Below, piece after piece: positions 57,782 through 64,000 of a DNA stretch of 64,000 nucleotides. Under the pieces are notes generated by a model. The model saw only the letters and a list, made by a program, of their open reading frames with translations. It was not told where the DNA came from and searched no databases. Numbering within the stretch: position 1 is the stretch's first letter; each line of letters opens with the position of its first letter. The position numbers and the translations under genes are program-made. The stretch comes from Dehalococcoidia bacterium (GTDB lineage Bacteria; Chloroflexota; Dehalococcoidia; Lucifugimonadales; UBA3495): positions 2,827,295-2,891,294 of the forward strand of contig CBDBHA010000002.1 in NCBI GenBank assembly GCA_965205495.1, read 5' to 3'.

Positions 57782-59215
57782 ATGAAACTTCGGCGTTTTC
57801 AGACCAATTTCATACGGCGGGCGATGGACCCGGCGGTTAAGGTTGCCGTGCTTTCAACCCCACGCGGAAACGGTAAATCGTTTTTGGCGGCGCACCTAAT
57901 CACCCGCGCGTTGACTCCCGGCGATGTGCTGTTTCAGCCGGGCAAGGAAATTGTCCAATGCGCCGGGAGCATTGAGCAAGCGCGGATGGTGTATGGGTTT
58001 GTCCGCGCGGCGTTGGAACCCACCGGGGAATACCGCTGGATAGACTCAGTGACCAGGTTGGGAGCGACTCATATTGCCAGCAACACGAAGTTGAGGATTA
58101 TATCCTCCAATGGCAAGACCGCTATGGGGCTGGTCAACGTGAGTCTGGCGGTAGCGGACGAACCTGGCAGCTGGGAACTCGCTGGCGGATTGCTGATGTG
58201 GGACGCCTTGACCGGGGCATTGGGCAAACCGGGCAGCCCGTTGAAGATCATCGTGATTGGGACATTGGCGCCGATGGCGACCGGGGCCGGACATTGGTAT
58301 TGGAACCTAGTGCATGACGGAACGCGGGGCAGCACCTACGTTGAGGCTATCCAGGGGCAACTTGAGGGTTGGGATACCTGGCCGGTAATCAGGCGGTGCA
58401 ACCCGTTGACCGCCATTAGTGCGGAGTTTCGGGCTCAGCTTTTGGAAGAGCGGGACGAAGCGCGGGCGGATACCCGGCTCAAGGCGCGTTTCCTTTCGTA
58501 CAGGCTAAATGTTCCATCCGCGGACGCCGCCGAAGTCCTATTGACCACCGATGATTGGAAGGCGGTAGAGCGGCGGGAAGTCCCGGACGCCGAGGGTAGG
58601 CCGGTGGTTGGCGTGGACCTGGCGGCGGGACGGGCATGGTCGGCAGCTTGCGGAATCTGGCCCAACGGTAGGGTTGAAGCGTTGGCAGTAGCGCCGGGCA
58701 TACCTGGCCTTGAGGCTCAAGAGAAGCGGGACCGCGTACCAGCGGGAACGTACCAACGCCTACATGACATTGGGCAGCTTGCCATTGCCGAGGGGCTCCA
58801 GGTTCAACCCCCGGCGCAGCTATGGGCATCAATCCGGGCGCGTTGGGGGAGGCCAAGGTTGATAGTGTGCGACCGTTTCCGGTTGGCGGAATTGCAAGAC
58901 GCGGTGAAGAACGGGGCACGGCTGGAACCACGGGTAACGCGGTGGTCTGAGGCGGCGTTTGACATTCGGGCACTACGCCGGCAGGCGAAGGATGGGAACC
59001 TGTCCGTTGACCGGGATAGCCGGTTGTTGCTGGCGACTTCGTTATCGCGGGCGCGTGTCCAGAACGATGATGCGGGAAGTGTGCGGCTGGTGAAGCACGG
59101 GACCAACAACACGGCGCGTGACGATGTAGCTGCGGCTCTCGTGCTGGCGGCGGGAGCGGTAGAGCGGAAAGCCAAGCGAACTGGGGGTATCTACCTTGGC
59201 AGCACGAACGATTAG
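57782..59215 (+). CDS. terL: Terminase large subunit
   Basis: The N-terminus LRRFQ..FIRRA........VLSTPRGNGKS is the Terminase_1 Walker A region. The C-terminal nuclease-like half has conserved Asp residues. ATG 57782 follows AAAGGGGA. Confidence 0.8.
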   Translation: MKLRRFQTNFIRRAMDPAVKVAVLSTPRGNGKSFLAAHLITRALTPGDVLFQPGKEIVQCAGSIEQARMVYGFVRAALEPTGEYRWIDSVTRLGATHIASNTKLRIISSNGKTAMGLVNVSLAVADEPGSWELAGGLLMWDALTGALGKPGSPLKIIVIGTLAPMATGAGHWYWNLVHDGTRGSTYVEAIQGQLEGWDTWPVIRRCNPLTAISAEFRAQLLEERDEARADTRLKARFLSYRLNVPSADAAEVLLTTDDWKAVERREVPDAEGRPVVGVDLAAGRAWSAACGIWPNGRVEALAVAPGIPGLEAQEKRDRVPAGTYQRLHDIGQLAIAEGLQVQPPAQLWASIRARWGRPRLIVCDRFRLAELQDAVKNGARLEPRVTRWSEAAFDIRALRRQAKDGNLSVDRDSRLLLATSLSRARVQNDDAGSVRLVKHGTNNTARDDVAAALVLAAGAVERKAKRTGGIYLGSTND

Positions 59216-59246
59216 CACCTTCCACGCGGCGTTAGACCGGCGGGTG

Positions 59247-59486
59247 ATGAAGCGGGTACGGTGGGAGGTGTTGACCGCCCAGAACTGGACCTGCCAAACC
59301 TGCGGACGATGGGGAAACCACTGCGACCACGTAATCCCGTTGTTCCAAGGCGGCGCGCCCTACGACCTGGGCAACCTTCAAATACTTTGTGCAAATTGCC
59401 ACTACTCCAAATGCCGCCTTGAGCAAACGCAACCGCCATCGCCTGAAGTCACGGCATGGGACGCCTACCTTGCAAGCGTAGTATAA
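59247..59486 (+). CDS. HNH endonuclease
   Basis: W.CQ.CG......CDH..P...GG......NLQ.LC..CH..K. The start could be GTG 59244, ATG 59247 or TTG 59196. Confidence 0.85.
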   Translation: MKRVRWEVLTAQNWTCQTCGRWGNHCDHVIPLFQGGAPYDLGNLQILCANCHYSKCRLEQTQPPSPEVTAWDAYLASVV

Positions 59487-59544
59487 CCGAGACTAGGTAT
59501 CAATAAGTGGTATGATTAGGGCAAACCACTAGGAGGTTTGCCCT

Positions 59545-60764
59545 ATGACTCCGCTTCAGACTTTGGAAGTCCGGCAAGGGGAGGTGAAAATCCGCCTGGC
59601 CGAACTTGGCGGCATGGCGGAACTTACCGAAGAAACCCGCGCCGAACTGGACACCCTGCGCACCGAGTACACCGACACCGAACGGCGCATGGCCGCCTTG
59701 CGGCTTGCTGAGCCGGACCGGACGCCTATCATTGCCCGCACCGCCCCGAGGGCACCGAATACCGCGAGATGCTGGAACGGGCCAACCTGGGCACCATCTT
59801 TGACGTTCTAATGTCCCACCAGAACCCCACCGGCGTTGAGGCCGAACTTCAACAGCATTTGCACCTGGCCGGAAACCAGATTCCGCTTGACATGCTGCGG
59901 GGCTCGGGCGGCGGCGGGCGCGGCATGGGCGGGCTGGAAACCCGCGCCGTTACGCCGGGCGCGGCCAACGTTGGGCAGAATCAGCAACCCATTATTCCGT
60001 ATGTGTTCCCGATGTCGGCGGCGGCGTTTTTGGGGGTGAACATGCCTTCTGTGCCAGCCGGTGACGCCGTTTTCCCGGTGTTGACCGGAACCCTTGACGT
60101 TGGGACGCCAGCCGAGAACGCCAGCCAAGCGGAAACCACCGGCTCGTTTTCTTCGGACGTGTTGACCCCGACCAGGTTGCAGGCGAGTTTCTTCTACTCC
60201 CGCGAGGACCGCGCCCGCTTTGCCATGATGGACGCTGCGCTACGGGAGAACCTGAGCGACGGGTTGGCCGACGGGTTGGACGACCAAATCCTGAGCGGAA
60301 CCAATGGGTTGTTCACCACCTTAACCGCCAATGCCCAAACCACCGACGACACTTTCGACAGCTACCTGAATAACCTCGTTTGTTCTCAAGTGGATGGCCG
60401 GTATGCCGCCATGACTTCGGACCTGTCAATGGTGGTTGGAAGCGCCACCTACGGCGATATGGGCGCCACCTACCGCAACACCAGCGTTGACCGTTCCGCC
60501 CTGGACCGGGTGATGGAACTCACCAGCGGCGTAAGGGTTTCCGCCCACGTTCCCGCACCGGCCAGCAACCGGCAGGACGTGGTAATCCGGCGCGGCATGT
60601 CCATGACGGCCGTTGCGCCTACCTGGGAGGGTGTAACCCTGATTCCCGATGAAATCACTAAGGCCGGGACCGGCCAGATCGTGATAACCGCCGTGATGCT
60701 GTACGCCGTCAAAGTCTTGAGGACCGGCGCTGGCCTGATTCGGCAAGGAACGGACCACAGCTAG
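59545..60764 (+). pseudogene. HK97-fold major capsid protein, frameshifted in a C-run
   Basis: The coiled-coil N-terminus (59545-) is in frame 1 and the capsid body (..-60764) in frame 0. Adding one C to the C-run at 59744-59747 would give ...IARTAPEGTEYREMLERANLG... Confidence 0.75.
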
Positions 60765-60766
60765 GC

Positions 60767-61213
60767 ATGGCCGACCCGATTCTATTCAGCGGACCGGCGG
60801 GCGCGGGCAAAACCCAAGCTGCCCGCCGGTTACTTGCCGAAGCCACCGGGCCGATGGTGGCGGCTGATTTTCAGGCGTTGCTAGCGGCATTGCTTTTGCT
60901 TGAACGCCTACCCGATGGCCGTTACCCGGCGCGGCTGGCGTCTCAGGCGGCATGGTTGTTGCCACTGGTGGAATCGCTCAGGCAGACGGTTATCACCTTC
61001 GCGCGGGACCGTGACATAGACGTGGTGGGAACTAACAGCGATGGCAACCCAGCACGGCGGGTATACCTGCTCCAACGCCTTGGGGCGGGCTCTACCGAAC
61101 GGATAATTGACCCTGGATTTGACGTTGTGACGGAACGCTTGTCAAACCCGGATGGAACCATTGACGAACAATGTGTTGAAGCGCGGGACCGCTGGTACTC
61201 CCGGAGGGTGTAA
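60767..61213 (+). CDS. P-loop NTPase-like hypothetical protein
   Basis: Walker A GPAGAGKT at residues 9-16. 148 aa. Confidence 0.45.
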   Translation: MADPILFSGPAGAGKTQAARRLLAEATGPMVAADFQALLAALLLLERLPDGRYPARLASQAAWLLPLVESLRQTVITFARDRDIDVVGTNSDGNPARRVYLLQRLGAGSTERIIDPGFDVVTERLSNPDGTIDEQCVEARDRWYSRRV

Positions 61214-61702
61214 ATGGAAACACTATTTGCAGCGTTGGAGTTTAGGGCCGACGAAACGCGGGACAGTCCAGGATTGCTTTCTGGCGTTTTGATGGCCTAC
61301 GGGACGCGCGCCAACGACCGCCCGGAGCTATTCGAGGATGGCGCGCTTTACTGGCGGGACTCAGGCATCGTAATCAGAGAACAACACAACCGGGCCGCGC
61401 CGATTGTGCGGGCTCAGCCCTACATGGAAGGGCGGGAGCTCCGGGTGAACGTTCCCCTTCCCAACACGCAACGAGGGCGGGACGCTGCTTTTGCCATGCA
61501 AGGGGATAACCCACTGTACACCGGCCTATCCGTCGAATTCAACGCCGAACGGGAGACGCGGCGGAACGGGTTGAGGGTGATAACCCGCGCGTTCCTGGAC
61601 GGGGCAAGTCTGGTCGACACACCGGCATACCTGGGCAGCACCGTTGAAGTACGGGAAGAATCCGGCCTATTCGTCCCCCGGAGTGTCTTTACATGGCTGT
61701 AA
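61214..61702 (+). CDS. HK97-family prohead protease
   Basis: Size and pattern (..F.G.....Y.....D...E.F..GA........V...H......P.....L..GLSVEF...........R.I....L.G.SLVD.PAY) match S78-like proteases. Confidence 0.7.
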   Translation: METLFAALEFRADETRDSPGLLSGVLMAYGTRANDRPELFEDGALYWRDSGIVIREQHNRAAPIVRAQPYMEGRELRVNVPLPNTQRGRDAAFAMQGDNPLYTGLSVEFNAERETRRNGLRVITRAFLDGASLVDTPAYLGSTVEVREESGLFVPRSVFTWL

Positions 61703-62241
61703 CCATTACGCGGGCGCAACTGGCCGCCCGGATACGCCTGGGCCGGACGCCGACCGAACTGGACGAGGCCGACCAAATCCTGGCCTACGCTACCGAGGCC
61801 GTAACCCACCACGCGCCCGACGCGCCCGACGTGGTGCATAACGAGGCCGCTTACAGGCTGGCCGGATACATCTATGATCGGCCATTTGCCAGCGCGGATA
61901 CCCGATTCTCCAACGTCTTGCGGAACTCCGGCGCGGCGGCTGCCCTGCTGCCCTACCGCCAACACCGTTTGGGTTTGAGCGGTAGCGATGATACTGCGAC
62001 CGCACCAGCGACCGCAGCGGGCAACGCCATTACCGGGCTGGCGATTGTCGGCGGGAACATCATCATCACCTTTGGCAGCGGCGCAACCCAAGTTGTACCG
62101 CTACCGCCGTCCATTGGCGGCGTGACCGTTACCAGCGTCACTTTCAACGCCATGACCAACGCGATTGATGTTGAATACTCCAACGGCGCGGGGGTTGCCA
62201 TACCGCTTCCCGCTGGCCTTATCACCTGGCCGGGGGTGTAA
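61693..62241 (+). CDS. Head-tail connector (gp6-like / DNA-packaging QLRG-type) protein with extra C-terminal domain
   Basis: The N-terminus ITRAQLAARIRLG......D..IL.YATEAV....P....V.NEAAYRLAGY.YD resembles the gp6-like family. Confidence 0.5.
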   Translation: MAVTITRAQLAARIRLGRTPTELDEADQILAYATEAVTHHAPDAPDVVHNEAAYRLAGYIYDRPFASADTRFSNVLRNSGAAAALLPYRQHRLGLSGSDDTATAPATAAGNAITGLAIVGGNIIITFGSGATQVVPLPPSIGGVTVTSVTFNAMTNAIDVEYSNGAGVAIPLPAGLITWPGV

Positions 62242-62595
62242 ATGCCACTAGATAGACCTATCACCATCGGCATCCGCGGGCCGGACGACACCAACGCAGC
62301 CGGTCAATTCGTCCCGGGAGTGAAGGTTGATTACCCGGTTTTCGCTACCGCCCTTGATATTTCCGTTCAACGGAACTTGGAAGTTGGCGGGGCGCGGCTG
62401 GAAGCTGACCGCATTTTTCGCGTTAGATGGTTCGAGGAACTGGCCGTTGCCCCCGTTACCAGCATTGAACTTGCCGACGAACTGGCGTTGAACTACACCG
62501 TTACCGACGTTTCCGAATTTGTCGGCAGATTCTCCGATTTGAGGAGGCGTTGGCTGGACCTGGAATGTTCGAGGGAGGCGCAAACCCGAATATGA
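62242..62595 (+). CDS. Head-closure / head-tail adaptor-like protein
   Basis: 117 aa. Position and the pattern ...R.I.I..........G.........VWA........E.......R...F.+R fit this class. Weak call. Confidence 0.4.
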   Translation: MPLDRPITIGIRGPDDTNAAGQFVPGVKVDYPVFATALDISVQRNLEVGGARLEADRIFRVRWFEELAVAPVTSIELADELALNYTVTDVSEFVGRFSDLRRRWLDLECSREAQTRI

Positions 62596-63644
62596 AATGG
62601 CCTTGGCAATCCAAGATGGAACACCGGGCAGATTCCAGTTACACCGATGCGTTCCTTACTGCCCTACTGTCACGGGCCACCGGGCAATCAACGGCCTTTC
62701 CTGCGGCGGTGGGCGCGCTGGAGGCGGCTTCCGGGCTCACGGCAAGGGCCATTTTTGCCACCGCCGTTGTGCAAACGGGCTCTACGGCCATCCTGGGCGC
62801 ATTGACGCCATCCTGCCTTGCCATGATCGGGCGGGCGATGGTCAGGAAAGGCGAAATTGTTTTCTACATAGACACCAGCCGGGGAATGATTGACCTGCTA
62901 CCATGCCAGAGTCACGACGTTGACGGCGGGCCCAACCCGGCAACGTGGATTTATCGTTGCACGACGGCGGGACCGGAGCGGACCTACACCTTCGACAACA
63001 TGCCGGCGGATTCAGTGGTTCACATCATGTATAGCCGAGACCCTGAGCAACCATTTAGGGGAATCGGGCCGCTGCAATCTGCCCAGCTTACGGGGCGGCT
63101 GGCGTCCGAAACCCTGGCGGCGTTGGCGGATGAATCCAGCGGACCGCGCGGGCATATCATGGGGCTACCCGTTGATGGTGATGATCCAACCCTTGCACCG
63201 TTGAAAGCGGCCATCGGCAAGTTGAAGGGAGAGGTAGCTTTCTTGGAAGATGGCGATTACGGCGGCGCGGCTGGCGGTGGGAAGGTGATGTTGAAACCCG
63301 AACGGCTGGGCCCGGAACCTACGGCGGCGTTGGTGGAACTATTCAAGATTAGCCGGGAGGACGTGCTAGCGGCCTGCGGCGTCAACCCGGCGTTGTTTGA
63401 AACCGCGCCCGGCGTTGCCATGCGGGAAGCATACCGGGAATTTCTTTTCAGCAACGTTGCTGCGCTGGGGCGGCTGGTGTCCACCGAATTGACCGCCAAG
63501 CTAGGCGACACGGTTTCCCTGGACTGGGAAGAACTCAGGGCCGGGGATATTGCCAGCCATGCGCGGGCATTCGGAACGTTGGTGCAAGGCGGGATGGACC
63601 TGGACCGCGCGGCGGCGCTATCGGGCCTGCTGGCGGCGGAATAG
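62592..63644 (+). CDS. Phage portal protein (HK97-like)
   Basis: 350 aa with ATGA overlap to the previous gene. The blocks ...R.....G...F......G.....L.P... and the C-terminus EELRAGDIASHARAFGTLVQGGMDLDRAAALSGL are portal-like. Confidence 0.7.
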   Translation: MKWPWQSKMEHRADSSYTDAFLTALLSRATGQSTAFPAAVGALEAASGLTARAIFATAVVQTGSTAILGALTPSCLAMIGRAMVRKGEIVFYIDTSRGMIDLLPCQSHDVDGGPNPATWIYRCTTAGPERTYTFDNMPADSVVHIMYSRDPEQPFRGIGPLQSAQLTGRLASETLAALADESSGPRGHIMGLPVDGDDPTLAPLKAAIGKLKGEVAFLEDGDYGGAAGGGKVMLKPERLGPEPTAALVELFKISREDVLAACGVNPALFETAPGVAMREAYREFLFSNVAALGRLVSTELTAKLGDTVSLDWEELRAGDIASHARAFGTLVQGGMDLDRAAALSGLLAAE

Positions 63645-63655
63645 GAGGAGTAGAT

Positions 63656-63850
63656 TTATGACTTACCGGATTCGTCTGCGCCATTCTGACCTTTTTGTTG
63701 TAGGTCCCGGCCATACTGTTGAAGTACAAGGCCCAGCTCTATTGCTTCCTCCGGGTCGAGAGACGCTATTAGGTGTTCCACCGGGTCAGTTTCAGGATAG
63801 CCAACCGCTTGCCCCATCAGATCCACGCGCCTTTCCACAATCCGAACCAC
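63656..63850 (-). CDS. Hypothetical 64-aa protein (strand choice uncertain)
   Basis: The minus-strand product looks more protein-like than the overlapping Pro-rich + strand ORF (63658-63882). However, that + ORF has a good RBS (AGGAGG 7 nt upstream of ATG 63658). Confidence 0.3.
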   Translation of the reverse strand: MVRIVERRVDLMGQAVGYPETDPVEHLIASLDPEEAIELGLVLQQYGRDLQQKGQNGADESGKS

Positions 63851-63885
63851 AAGATAAATTGCTGGCTCCTGATCAGGACTAGTAG

Positions 63886-64000
63886 TCAGTCAACTTTGGA
63901 ATCAAAAGGGTAGAGGCGGTGAAGTTTGGTTCGAGCATCCTGGGTTTTGAACCGCCACTTGATACCAACTCGGGCGGCGTTGCGCTCCCGCACCAGTGCC
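63886..64000 (-). CDS. C-terminal 38 aa of an IS630-family-like transposase (rest outside window)
   Basis: The minus-strand translation ...ALVRERNAARVGIKWRFKTQDARTKLHRLYPFDSKVD* matches the RNAAR..(I/V).W(R/Q)FTT.DAR.KLK.LYP tail I remember from IS630-type transposases. Confidence 0.5.
   Translation of the reverse strand, partial: ALVRERNAARVGIKWRFKTQDARTKLHRLYPFDSKVD

Larger units (their letters stand above)
53519..63885 (+). mobile_element. Integrated phage-like / satellite-like element next to tRNA-Arg (right end not defined in window)
   Basis: An integrase starts 114 nt after the tRNA. It is followed by a P4-type primase-helicase and a head morphogenesis module. attR was not found in the window. 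Confidence 0.8.

Noticed and set aside
63658-63882. The + strand ORF after the portal gene, with a good RBS (AGGAGG 7 nt upstream of ATG 63658)
   Set aside because: The product is Pro-rich and low-complexity (..LLLPPGRETLLGVPPGQFQDSQPLAPSDPRAFPQSEPQ..). The overlapping minus-strand ORF looks more protein-like. This is left unresolved rather than called.
63920-63950. GGTTCGAGCATCC, resembling the tRNA-Arg T-arm (GGTTCGAATCCCT), considered as a possible attR
   Set aside because: The match is only about 10 nt and imperfect. It lies inside the IS630-like transposase coding sequence, so it is most likely chance.

Overview
64-kb high-GC bacterial chromosome segment. The many F420/LLM-type oxidoreductases, the caa3 oxidase and the style of the GC-rich dispersed repeats suggest an aerobic Chloroflexota-like organism, but this is inference only.

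Gene content, left to right:
- A 5'-truncated restriction-modification-like gene.
- APS reductase aprB and aprA, separated by a lower-GC membrane-protein ORF.
- Uma2 nuclease, an MFS transporter, a frameshifted HIBADH-type dehydrogenase, a PaREP1/HEPN-like gene plus an unnamed conserved gene, an orphan Phd antitoxin and an LLM oxidoreductase.
- A decayed tandem triplication of a small coiled-coil gene.
- A UGSC-family gene with an in-frame UGA and a SECIS-like hairpin (probable selenoprotein).
- EamA transporter, PD40 lipoprotein, an LprG-like lipoprotein with a DHA2-type MFS pump, AKR, PPOX/F420 protein, MaoC double hot-dog, and a second, intact HIBADH.
- A small low-GC Doc-toxin islet, then the DUF1326/DUF2182 pair.
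- gcvT-gcvH-gcvPA-gcvPB on the minus strand.
- A repeat-filled 1.8-kb gap, then a Cys-less B12/radical-SAM-like gene, an FAD oxidase, ABM and GlcG.
- An IS110 element inserted in a dispersed repeat.
- A catabolic cluster (LLM, CMD, hydrolase, PrpD, SDR).
- ctaA-ctaB and the caa3 oxidase genes, a kinase-like gene, DUF952 and an esterase.
- tRNA-Ala(CGC) and tRNA-Arg(CCU).
- A compact integrase / P4-type primase-helicase / head-module element integrated next to tRNA-Arg. It carries an amber-interrupted primase gene and a frameshifted capsid gene, and ends in an IS630-like fragment at the window edge.

Intergenic DNA holds at least five families of short structured repeats (MITE/REP-like). They share a GTCAT(T/C)CC head followed by variable palindromes.

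The most interesting items are the probable selenocysteine recoding site, the satellite-like element, the split aprBA locus, the IS110-in-repeat configuration and the modular repeat system. All family names come from recognising the translated sequences from memory; no database search was possible.
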